Of a stretch of 64,000 bases of DNA, positions 54,835 through 62,719 are shown piece after piece. The stretch is from Clostridia bacterium (lineage in GTDB: Bacteria; Bacillota; Clostridia; Christensenellales; Aristaeellaceae), in contig JAFZPI010000019.1 of the NCBI GenBank assembly GCA_017552615.1, forward strand, positions 3,966 through 67,965, given 5' to 3'. Both the position numbers and the translations under genes were made by a program. Position 1 is the first letter of the stretch; each line of letters begins with the position of its first letter. The notes beneath the pieces are model-generated. The model searched no databases and was not told the DNA's origin. It was given only the letters and a program-made list of their open reading frames with translations.

Positions 54835-55902
54835 ATGGGCATTCTGGATTTCATCCGCAGTCAATGCATCGACGTCATCGAGTGGACCGACAGCACCAAC
54901 AACACTCTGGTACACAAGTACGACATGAACGGCAAAGAGATCATGAACGGCGCCCAGTTGACCGTCCGTGAGAGCCAGGTGGCCATCTTTGTCAGTGAGG
55001 GGCAGCTTGCCGACGTCTTCGGGCCTGGCCGGTACGAACTCAAGACTGCCAACCTCCCGCTGCTCACCAAGATCAAGAGCTGGAAGTACGGCTTTAACAG
55101 CCCCTTCAAATCCGATGTGTATTTCATCAACACCCGGCAGTTCCTCGACTGCAAGTGGGGCACACAGAACCCGGTCATGATGCGCGACAGCGAGTTCGGC
55201 ATGATTCGCCTGCGTGCCTTCGGCAGCTACGCGTTCCGCGTCAGTGATCCCGAAGCCTTGCTGAAAGAATGCTTCGGCACCGCAAAGACCTACACGGTCG
55301 AGGATATCCAGAACCAGATCAAGCGCACGGCGGTCTCGTCCCTTTCGGATGCCATCGCCGAGAGCAAGATCCCGGCCCTGGACATTGCCGCGAACTATGA
55401 AGAGCTGGCCGAGTACGCCAAGGCTGCCATCAACCCGAAGATCGCGAACCTCGGCGTCGAGCTGACGGCTTTCGTCATTGAGAACGTCTCCCTTCCCGAG
55501 GAAGTGGAGAAGGCGATGGACCGCCGCACTTCCATGGGCGTGGTGGGAGATCTCCAGCAGTACACCCAGTTCCAGGCGGCGGAAGCCCTGCGTGAGAGCG
55601 CAAGCAATCCCGGCAGCGCCGCGGGTTCAGCCATGGGCCTCGGTGCGGGCGTCTCCATGGGCCAGATGATGGCTGGAGCCCTGAACTTCAATAACAACCA
55701 GGCGAGCCAGACGCAGCCTGCTGCCGCGGCTCCTGCAGCCGCTGCGGGCTATTGCGCGAACTGCGGCCAGGCACTGAGTGCGGGCGCGAAGTTCTGCCCC
55801 AACTGTGGTCAGCGTCAGGGCGGCGGTGCGACCTGCCCGGCCTGCGGAAACCCCGTTTCGGCAGACGCGAAGTTCTGTCCCAACTGCGGCCAGAAGCTCT
55901 GA
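54835..55902 (+). CDS. SPFH/band-7 domain protein with C-terminal double zinc ribbon (YdjI-like)
   Basis: The N-terminus MGILDFIRSQCIDVIEW is typical of this family. C-terminal YCANCGQ...KFCPNCGQ and CPACGN...KFCPNCGQ. Confidence 0.8.
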   Translation: MGILDFIRSQCIDVIEWTDSTNNTLVHKYDMNGKEIMNGAQLTVRESQVAIFVSEGQLADVFGPGRYELKTANLPLLTKIKSWKYGFNSPFKSDVYFINTRQFLDCKWGTQNPVMMRDSEFGMIRLRAFGSYAFRVSDPEALLKECFGTAKTYTVEDIQNQIKRTAVSSLSDAIAESKIPALDIAANYEELAEYAKAAINPKIANLGVELTAFVIENVSLPEEVEKAMDRRTSMGVVGDLQQYTQFQAAEALRESASNPGSAAGSAMGLGAGVSMGQMMAGALNFNNNQASQTQPAAAAPAAAAGYCANCGQALSAGAKFCPNCGQRQGGGATCPACGNPVSADAKFCPNCGQKL

Positions 55903-55932
55903 GAACGGCTGCGGGATCAAGTGCATAAACGA

Positions 55933-55963
55933 GGGCATCGGCTTTCGGGTCGATGCCCCTTTT
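55933..55963 (+). terminator. rho-independent terminator
   Basis: GGGCATCG gctttcgggt CGATGCCC c TTTT. Confidence 0.7.
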
Positions 55964-55987
55964 GAAACACAAAGGCGGTGAGACGCA

Positions 55988-56575
55988 GTGCGGCAGCAGC
56001 TGGAACCTTTTATCGATGCGGTGACTCAACTAGTTTTCGCCTCTGATTCGCCGGAAAAGGCCGACGCCATCTTTATTCCAGGTTCCCGCAGACCCGGCCC
56101 GCTAATCCGCGCAACACAGCTTTACCATGACAGGTTCGCCCCTGCTATCATCCCAAGCGGTAAATACGGGATTAACAAAGAATGCTTTGCGATCGAGGGC
56201 TTTGAAACTGAAGCCGACTGGATGTCAGACTTTCTCATCAAGGAAGGAGTTCCAGCTGACGCCATTCTCCTCGAACGCAACGCCACCTATACTTGGGAAA
56301 ACGCCCTCTTCTCACGGCATCTGTGTGACAAGGCTGACTTCACGATTCGTAAAGGCCTTCTCTGCTGCAGACCGTTCCATGCAAGACGCGCGCTTCTTTA
56401 CTACCAGACCGCGTTCCCGGATGCGGAATGGATCGCTTGCCCAGCCAATGAACCCGGAGTAAACGCCGATGACTGGTATCGCACAGAGGAAGGCCGGAAG
56501 CGTGTGCTGGGGGAGGTTCGCCGGTTGGGCGACCAGATCAATATTCAGTTGGAGGAACTGATCCGCCATGGATGA
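55988..56575 (+). CDS. YdcF-family (DUF218) protein, cytoplasmic form
   Basis: ADAIFIPGS...IPSGKYG...ETEADWMSDFLIKEGVP...ERNATYTWENA...RPFHARRA. GTG start. Confidence 0.75.
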   Translation: MRQQLEPFIDAVTQLVFASDSPEKADAIFIPGSRRPGPLIRATQLYHDRFAPAIIPSGKYGINKECFAIEGFETEADWMSDFLIKEGVPADAILLERNATYTWENALFSRHLCDKADFTIRKGLLCCRPFHARRALLYYQTAFPDAEWIACPANEPGVNADDWYRTEEGRKRVLGEVRRLGDQINIQLEELIRHG

Positions 56576-57281
56576 TATGATGCAGTCTGTAGACCATTCC
56601 GGTCACCGCAAGCGCCTTCGTGAACGCTTTCGGCAAAACGGCCTGGAGGGTTTTGCACCGCATGAAGTGCTGGAGCTTTTGCTGCTCTATGCGCGGGTAA
56701 GGGGCAATGTGAATCCTACAGCTCACGCTCTTTTGGATACATTTGGTTCGCTGAAAGGCGTTTTCGAGGCCACCCCGCAGCAACTGATGGCGGTGTATGG
56801 GGTGGGTGAAGAAGCCGCAACGCTGATATCCCTGATGGTTCCCCTATTCCGGAAATACAATTTGTGTCTCGCGGAAGAACGGAAAAGTATCTCTTCTACG
56901 GCGGAAGCACGGGAATACTGTCGGGCATTGCTGGCCGGTCAGCGCACGGAGCGGTTTTATGTGATTTGTTTAGGAGCCAATCGGGCGGTATTGGGTCGCA
57001 GGCTCATTGCCGAAGGGACGCTGGGGGAGGTCGCGGCTTATCCGCGGTTGATTGTGGAGACTGCCCTGAACCTGAATGCCCATGGCGTGATCGTATGCCA
57101 CAATCACCCGGACGGCCTTGCAGAGCCTTCGGAAGATGATCTGACTGCCACCCGTCATCTCTATCGCATTTTGAATGACCTTGACATGCAGCTCCTGGAT
57201 CATGTGATCGTCGCCGGGACAGAAACCTACTCTCTTGCAGAGGCGGATCAATTGACCGCCAAGAACAGAAAGGGCATTTGA
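56568..57281 (+). CDS. radC: RadC-family JAB/MPN domain protein
   Basis: HRKRLRERF...HEVLELLL HhH-type N-terminus and the JAMM motif VCHNHPDGLAEPSEDD. 8-nt overlap (ATGGATGA) with the upstream gene. Confidence 0.9.
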   Translation: MDDMMQSVDHSGHRKRLRERFRQNGLEGFAPHEVLELLLLYARVRGNVNPTAHALLDTFGSLKGVFEATPQQLMAVYGVGEEAATLISLMVPLFRKYNLCLAEERKSISSTAEAREYCRALLAGQRTERFYVICLGANRAVLGRRLIAEGTLGEVAAYPRLIVETALNLNAHGVIVCHNHPDGLAEPSEDDLTATRHLYRILNDLDMQLLDHVIVAGTETYSLAEADQLTAKNRKGI

Positions 57282-57282
57282 T

Positions 57283-57945
57283 GTGAGCAGAACGGTTCGG
57301 ATCTTATTAAAGATATTCCTCTGGCTTGTCATCATCGCGATCATTACTTACGCGGTGATGCTGGGTGTTTTGATCTGGAAGGTTCATCATGTTCCGCAGA
57401 GTGAAGATTTCGACGCCATCATTATTCTCGGTTCCCAGGTGCTGCCGGACGGAACGCCGAACATCCAGTTGAAGTGGCGGTTGGACAAGGCACTCGAAAT
57501 CCTGCAGACCCGCATGGTACCTGTGGTGGTCTGCGGTGCACAGGGTGATGACGAGCCGCTGCCCGAGGCCGAAGCCATGCGCAACTACCTGATGAACGCC
57601 GGGATCAATAATGCCCTGATCCTTACCGACCCGGATTCCTTCAATACGAGGGAAAACCTGCAGAACGCAGCACGGCTGTTGGAAAGTTTAGAAGGGTATA
57701 ACGTTCAGAAAGTATTGATTGTCACCAGCGACTACCATCTGCCCCGGGCGCTGGCACTGGCTGAAGATGAAGGTTTTACGGCCACGGGCGTTCCGTCCCC
57801 GACCCTTGGCGGCTGGAACACGATCCGCAATTACGGCCGGGAGACCATCGCGTGGATGAAGTACCTGGCGGAGAAAACCCTGGGGATCGAGATCCATAAC
57901 AGCAATTTTGACATCCATGAAATCACGAGGACCGGCAATGAATGA
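57283..57945 (+). CDS. SanA/YdcF-family (DUF218) protein with N-terminal TM anchor
   Basis: TM helix ILLKIFLWLVIIAIITYAVMLGVLIW. Then DAIIILGSQV...CGAQGDDEPLPEAEAM...DSFNTRENL...TSDYHLPRA. GTG start 1 nt after the radC stop. Confidence 0.75.
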   Translation: MSRTVRILLKIFLWLVIIAIITYAVMLGVLIWKVHHVPQSEDFDAIIILGSQVLPDGTPNIQLKWRLDKALEILQTRMVPVVVCGAQGDDEPLPEAEAMRNYLMNAGINNALILTDPDSFNTRENLQNAARLLESLEGYNVQKVLIVTSDYHLPRALALAEDEGFTATGVPSPTLGGWNTIRNYGRETIAWMKYLAEKTLGIEIHNSNFDIHEITRTGNE

Positions 57946-58660
57946 AGCAAAAATCCGGGAACGGCTGTCCGCCTGCGGCATCCCCTGCGATGAGGAACTT
58001 GCGGAGTGCCTTCGCTGCTATTTCTCCCTCCTGTTGGAGTGGAATGAGCGGATGAACCTCACGCGCATCACGGACGAGGAAGAAGCGCTGGACGCTCATT
58101 TTGTTGACAGTCTGATGGTCGTGACGGTGCCCAAACTGATCCCCGAAAAAGGCAAAATCATCGATGTAGGCACCGGCGCGGGGTTTCCCGGTATGGTACT
58201 TGCGCTGGCCTGTCCCGGCCTGCATGTGACACTTCTGGACAGTTTGCAGAAGCGGCTGGACTTTCTTGCGGCAGTCAAAGAGAGTGTCGGAGCAAAGAAT
58301 GTGGCCCTTGTTCACGTCAGGGCGGAGGATGGAGCCAGAAAGAAGGAACTCCGGGAACAATTTGACATAGCCACAGCCCGGGCCGTTGCACCGCTGGCAG
58401 TGCTGGCTGAATACCTGCTTCCTTATGTGCATGTTGGTGGCGCTGCTCTGTGCTGGAAGGGACCTGCCTTGACGGATGAATTGACTGCCGGACGGCGGGC
58501 TGCCTATTTGATTGGCGGACAGACGGAAGATGCGATTTCTGTCAGCATACCTGGACGCGATTGGCAGCACAGCCTTCTGCCGATCCGGAAGATCCGCCCA
58601 ACACCCACTGCATATCCGCGCCGCGCAGGGCTTCCGTCGCAGAAACCGTTGGGTACATGA
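57938..58660 (+). CDS. rsmG: 16S rRNA (guanine527-N7)-methyltransferase RsmG
   Basis: LLLEWNERMNLT, IDVGTGAGFPG and TARAVA motifs. 8-nt overlap (ATGAATGA) with the upstream gene. Confidence 0.9.
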   Translation: MNEAKIRERLSACGIPCDEELAECLRCYFSLLLEWNERMNLTRITDEEEALDAHFVDSLMVVTVPKLIPEKGKIIDVGTGAGFPGMVLALACPGLHVTLLDSLQKRLDFLAAVKESVGAKNVALVHVRAEDGARKKELREQFDIATARAVAPLAVLAEYLLPYVHVGGAALCWKGPALTDELTAGRRAAYLIGGQTEDAISVSIPGRDWQHSLLPIRKIRPTPTAYPRRAGLPSQKPLGT

Positions 58661-58726
58661 AGCACAAATGCTATCGTTTTGTAATTGTTCTGTAATGCTT
58701 CCGGGCCTTGTCAGACGAGGGCTGGG

Positions 58727-58754
58727 TTGACAAATCAGGTCCCGATGCTATAAT
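58727..58754 (+). promoter_or_regulatory. near-consensus extended -10 promoter of the 74-aa ORF
   Basis: TTGACA, 16 nt ending in TGc, TATAAT. Confidence 0.65.
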
Positions 58755-58828
58755 GAATTTGCCGGTTGGGTACACCCGAAGGACCCGGACGGCTAATATC
58801 CGAGAGATCGGACAATCAAAGGTGATCC

Positions 58829-59053
58829 ATGTTATTTGCCAAGAGAATCCATCAGGAAGTGCGCCCGTGGAACAGCGCGAAGCACACGCCTGCCATCCGC
58901 TGCAGCATCTGCACGGGGGAGCAGGAAGCCGGGTTTATCGATCGGCAGACCGGCGCCTTCACCGGCGTCATGCTCCTGCAGAACGAACATGACCTGGACA
59001 GTTTCCGTGCAACCTATCGCCTGGGCGACATGAACATCCGCAAGATCTACTGA
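58829..59053 (+). CDS. small hypothetical protein (74 aa, CxxC)
   Basis: AAAGGTG SD, its own promoter and terminator. Sequence includes IRCSICTGEQEAGFIDRQTGAF. I cannot assign a family. Confidence 0.55.
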   Translation: MLFAKRIHQEVRPWNSAKHTPAIRCSICTGEQEAGFIDRQTGAFTGVMLLQNEHDLDSFRATYRLGDMNIRKIY

Positions 59054-59055
59054 CG

Positions 59056-59087
59056 AGTCCCTCCAAGCGAGGGACTTAGTCGTTTTT
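59056..59087 (+). terminator. hairpin terminator after the small ORF
   Basis: AGTCCCTC caagc GAGGGACT, then tagtcg, then TTTTT. Confidence 0.55.
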
Positions 59088-59102
59088 ACAGATTGTGAAA
59101 AC

Positions 59103-59140
59103 ACAAAAAAGCTCGGGGGCCTTGCGCTCTCGAGCTTTCA
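59103..59140 (-). terminator. rho-independent terminator after the WYL regulator gene
   Basis: Reverse strand reads AAAGCTCG ...15 nt... CGAGCTTT followed by TTTTGTG. Confidence 0.65.
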
Positions 59141-59151
59141 AAAACGATTGT

Positions 59152-60066
59152 CTATTGGACCAGGGAAGCAAAATCCGTGCTTTGTTGGAGAAACACTTCC
59201 AACGAGGCGGCATCGGATACGACGATAGCTTCTGCCGTCTCATCCGTGACGTGCTCAAAAATGACATTCATGCCGAACCAGTCTAGCAACTCATTGATGT
59301 GGTTACGGCGAAGCTGAATCCTGTACTTTCTGGTGGGACCAGAAGGTGCAAACGGTTTTTCGACCTTGGGAGGTTCATTGAACGCATCTTCCTGCACGTC
59401 AACCATTTTATCAATAGGCTTGGCGGCGCTTTTCAGCAGACGTGCCTCTAAGATACGGTCCACACGGAAACGGGAGAAGCCGTCTTCTCCATCTACATTG
59501 CAGACGAGCTCATTCCGACCGTTTGCCATGACGATCTTGCAAGGATTCACATGGAAGAGAAGCGGCTTGCCCGTATCATCCAGGCGCACATGGAGTTCCT
59601 TGTCCACGTCGAAGTCGCCGTAACGGAAGGAAATCTGTTTTTGGGTTTCGATGGCCTGATGGATGACTTCGTTCGTATGGATGAACTGGTTGTTCAGGGG
59701 TTTGGTAATCTCGGTGACGTCATCCGACCTGAAGAATGGGCCGCCCATACCGCGAAGCCTGACGATCATGGCTTCCCGCTGGGGGGTCGGGAGGTTGGAC
59801 ACAGCCACGCAGTTCAGCATGTAGTTGAGCTCGGCAGGGCTGAAACCGTGGTCATAGTACCAGCCCTTGCGGAAAACAACCGGATATCCGGCTTCCTGAA
59901 GGTCGCCGAGATTCTTGCGTACGCTCTTGCGGGTGGCGCTGAGAGCATAGTCCTGTTGAAGCCGCGAGATGATCTCTGCCTGACGGATCCGGTGTTCTGC
60001 ATCCGTACCATCGCGCAGGATCCCCAGGATCGCGAGGATCAACATTTTTTTCTTTTCTTTGGGCAT
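59152..60066 (-). CDS. HTH plus WYL domain transcriptional regulator
   Basis: N-terminal winged HTH (MLILAILGILRDGTD...QAEIISRL...SVRKNLGDLQEAGYPV). Central WYL-like beta region (ISFRYGDFD...NPCKIVMANGRNELVC...FRVDRI). C-terminal extension. GAGGTG lies upstream. Confidence 0.7.
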   Translation of the reverse strand: MPKEKKKMLILAILGILRDGTDAEHRIRQAEIISRLQQDYALSATRKSVRKNLGDLQEAGYPVVFRKGWYYDHGFSPAELNYMLNCVAVSNLPTPQREAMIVRLRGMGGPFFRSDDVTEITKPLNNQFIHTNEVIHQAIETQKQISFRYGDFDVDKELHVRLDDTGKPLLFHVNPCKIVMANGRNELVCNVDGEDGFSRFRVDRILEARLLKSAAKPIDKMVDVQEDAFNEPPKVEKPFAPSGPTRKYRIQLRRNHINELLDWFGMNVIFEHVTDETAEAIVVSDAASLEVFLQQSTDFASLVQ

Positions 60067-60177
60067 AGGATCACCTCAATTTGACAGTTTCGAGGATACA
60101 CACATAACCACAAATGCATCTTAGCTTATAACGAACGGAATGTCAATGAAAATACGTTTACAACAGAAACTTTAAAC

Positions 60178-60206
60178 TTGACACAAATGGGATTCTGTCG
60201 TATAAT
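60178..60206 (+). promoter_or_regulatory. consensus sigma-A promoter of ylxM-ffh
   Basis: TTGACA, 17 nt, TATAAT. Confidence 0.7.
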
Positions 60207-60211
60207 GCACA

Positions 60212-60235
60212 CTGTCAATGCAAAATCATTGACAG
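60212..60235. promoter_or_regulatory. perfect 9-bp inverted repeat (CTGTCAATG n6 CATTGACAG) in the ylxM-ffh leader
   Basis: Read directly. Sits between the -10 box and the GAGGTG SD. The same TGTCAA/TTGACA half-site recurs at 60081-60087 and 60141-60148. Confidence 0.6.
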
Positions 60236-60246
60236 CGAGGTGAAAC

Positions 60247-60606
60247 ATGGCGCAGGACGGGATCACGCGGAAGGTGGAGCTTGCATGGCTCGCAGCCTTC
60301 TACGGAGGGCTCCTGACAGAGAAAGAACGGGAAGCCCTGAACCTCCACTGCGAGGAGGACATGTCTCTGATGGAGATCGCGCAGGCGACCGGTGTCAGCC
60401 GGCAGGGTGTCCATGAGACGCTTGTACGGGCAGCGGGGAAACTGACAGGCATGGAAGACAAACTCCATCTGGCGGATCGTTTCCGCCGAATGGAGGAAGG
60501 GCTCCTTCAATGCATGGAGGAACTGCGTAGCGGACATACAGACGAGGCGGAGAAAGTGCTGGATGCGCTGATCCGGCTGGAGCAGGAGGAAAACAATGGC
60601 CTTTGA
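60247..60606 (+). CDS. ylxM: YlxM/UPF0122 putative DNA-binding protein
   Basis: LLTEKEREALNLHCEEDMSLMEIAQATGVSRQGVHE is a sigma-70 region-4-like HTH. Overlaps the ffh start, as in other Firmicutes. Confidence 0.85.
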   Translation: MAQDGITRKVELAWLAAFYGGLLTEKEREALNLHCEEDMSLMEIAQATGVSRQGVHETLVRAAGKLTGMEDKLHLADRFRRMEEGLLQCMEELRSGHTDEAEKVLDALIRLEQEENNGL

Positions 60607-61936
60607 GGGCTTGAGTCAAAAGCTGCAAAACGCACTGAAGAAGATGACCGGCCGCGGCAAGCTCAACGAGCAGGCCGTGAAGGAGGGCATGCGGGAAGTC
60701 CGCATGGCGCTCCTCGAGGCCGACGTCAACTACGCGGTTGCGAAAGACTTTATCAAGCGTGTCACCGAAAAGTGTGTGGGCCAGGAGGTGCTTTCCTCCC
60801 TGACCCCGGGGCAGCAGGTCATCAAGATCGTCAACGAAGAGATGACTGCGCTGATGGGATCTACCCAGGCCAAGCTGACCTGGTCTCCCTCAACCCCGAC
60901 GATCTACATGCTCTGCGGCCTCCAGGGCGCCGGCAAGACCACCATGGCAGCCAAGCTGGCTGGCTGGCTGATCAAGCAGGGCAAAAAGCCGATGCTCGCG
61001 GCCTGCGACATCTACCGTCCGGCGGCTATCAAACAGCTGCAGGTGGTGGGTGAGAAAGTCGGGGCTCGCGTGTATGAGCACGGGACGCAGGATCCAGTCA
61101 AGACGGCCCAGGAAGCCGTACAGCAGGCGCGTTACTACGGCTGTGACGTCCTGATCATCGATACCGCCGGCCGCCTTCACATCGACGTGGAGCTGATGGA
61201 CGAGCTGGCCCGCATTAAGGCGGCCCTCAAGCCTCAGGAGATCCTGCTGGTCGTGGACGCCATGACCGGCCAGGACGCGGTCAACGTCGCCACGACTTTT
61301 AACGAGAAGCTGAGCATCGACGGCGTGATCCTCACCAAGCTGGACGGCGATACCCGCGGCGGCGCGGCCCTGTCCGTTCGGCAAGTGACCGGAAAGCCCA
61401 TTAAGTTCAGCGGCGTCGGCGAGAAGCTGACGGACATTGAGCCCTTCTACCCGGACCGCATGGCCAGTCGGATCCTCGGCATGGGCGACGTGCTCTCCCT
61501 CATCGACAAGGCGCAGGAAGCTTTCACCGATGACGACATCGACGCCCTGAACAACAAGACCAAGATCAAGGACCTGACGCTCGAGGACTTCCTGCAGCAA
61601 ATGCAGCGGATGAAGAAGATGGGCGGGCTTCGCTCCATGATCGGCATGCTTCCGGGCCTTTCCGGAAAGGATATCGACGTGGATGACGACGCGATGAAAA
61701 AACCAGAGGCCATCATCCGCTCCATGACCCCGAAGGAGCGTCGGAACCCCGGTATTCTCAATGCTTCCCGCCGCAAGCGCATCGCGGCCGGCAGCGGCAC
61801 CACCGTCCAGGATGTGAACACCCTCATCCGTCAGTTTGACCAGGCCCGACAGATGATGAAGCAGTTCCAGGGCGCCAAGGGCGGCAAGAAAATGAAAGCC
61901 CTCATGCAGAACATGAAAGGCATGGGCGGAATGTAA
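60596..61936 (+). CDS. ffh: signal recognition particle protein Ffh
   Basis: GLQGAGKTT, DTAGR, TKLDGD and the Met-rich M domain. Confidence 0.95.
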   Translation: MAFEGLSQKLQNALKKMTGRGKLNEQAVKEGMREVRMALLEADVNYAVAKDFIKRVTEKCVGQEVLSSLTPGQQVIKIVNEEMTALMGSTQAKLTWSPSTPTIYMLCGLQGAGKTTMAAKLAGWLIKQGKKPMLAACDIYRPAAIKQLQVVGEKVGARVYEHGTQDPVKTAQEAVQQARYYGCDVLIIDTAGRLHIDVELMDELARIKAALKPQEILLVVDAMTGQDAVNVATTFNEKLSIDGVILTKLDGDTRGGAALSVRQVTGKPIKFSGVGEKLTDIEPFYPDRMASRILGMGDVLSLIDKAQEAFTDDDIDALNNKTKIKDLTLEDFLQQMQRMKKMGGLRSMIGMLPGLSGKDIDVDDDAMKKPEAIIRSMTPKERRNPGILNASRRKRIAAGSGTTVQDVNTLIRQFDQARQMMKQFQGAKGGKKMKALMQNMKGMGGM

Positions 61937-62006
61937 TTCCGGTTGATCCCGCAAACGCGGTTTCATCAAATAGATTAAGAATAAAAGAACACGAGGAGGA
62001 ACCACC

Positions 62007-62252
62007 ATGGTCAAGATTCGCCTGAAGAGAATGGGCATGAAAAAGCACCCATTCTACCGCATCGTCATCGCTGACGAGCGCAGCCCCCGTGACGGCCGCT
62101 TCATCGAGGAGATCGGCTACTACAACCCCATGGAAAAGCCCGCTGAGGTGAAGGTTGACGGCGAGCGCGCCAAGCACTGGCTGCAGAACGGCGCCCAGCC
62201 CACCGATACCGTCCGCCTGCTGCTTAAGAAGACTGGCGTGATCGAAAAGTAA
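62007..62252 (+). CDS. rpsP: 30S ribosomal protein S16
   Basis: [34 protein letters not shown]. Confidence 0.95.
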   Translation: MVKIRLKRMGMKKHPFYRIVIADERSPRDGRFIEEIGYYNPMEKPAEVKVDGERAKHWLQNGAQPTDTVRLLLKKTGVIEK

Positions 62253-62270
62253 GCGCAGAAAGGAGATTCC

Positions 62271-62564
62271 ATGGAGGAACTGCTCACGTTTGTGGCAAAG
62301 TCCTTGGTGGATCATCCCGATCAGGTACGCGTGCAGAAGACAGAAGGGCCTGAAGGCATCATCCTGGAACTGAACGTGGCCGAGGAAGACATGGGCAAAG
62401 TCATCGGCAAGCAGGGCCGCATCGCCAAGGCAATCCGCTCGGTGGTGAAGGCTGCCACGCCAAAGGACGGGACCCATGTATTTGTGGAGATCCAGCGCCC
62501 GCTGGAAGAGCTGGCGGAGGACGAGATCCCGGAGGCAGACGAAGAGGAAGATCCCGAAGCCTGA
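62271..62564 (+). CDS. KH-domain RNA-binding protein (YlqC-like) with acidic C-terminal tail
   Basis: VAEEDMGKVIGKQGRIAKAIRSVV is a KH GxxG motif. The tail reads EELAEDEIPEADEEEDPEA. Confidence 0.85.
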   Translation: MEELLTFVAKSLVDHPDQVRVQKTEGPEGIILELNVAEEDMGKVIGKQGRIAKAIRSVVKAATPKDGTHVFVEIQRPLEELAEDEIPEADEEEDPEA

Positions 62565-62583
62565 TTCTCCGGACCACCCGCAG

Positions 62584-62620
62584 AAAGGCTCCCCTGAGAG
62601 TTGAAAGAGGGGGAGCCTTT
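62584..62620 (+). terminator. strong hairpin after the KH-protein gene
   Basis: AAAGGCTCCCC ...15 nt... GGGGAGCCTTT. There is no clear T-run after it. Confidence 0.5.
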
Positions 62621-62649
62621 GCAATTCACCCAAAATCCCGCTTCATTGC

Positions 62650-62678
62650 TTGACAAACCGGGTCTGCGCGTTTATCAT
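62650..62678 (+). promoter_or_regulatory. promoter of glyQS
   Basis: TTGACA, 17 nt, TATCAT, about 40 nt upstream of the ATG. Confidence 0.6.
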
Positions 62679-62719
62679 AGGGGACGTATTCCGTCATGAT
62701 GCAAGGGGAGGATACCAAG

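Noticed and set aside
62565-62719. Possible T-box leader upstream of glyQS
   Set aside because: The interval is taken up by a terminator hairpin and a promoter. The transcribed leader is about 40 nt, and no specifier loop or T-box sequence is visible.
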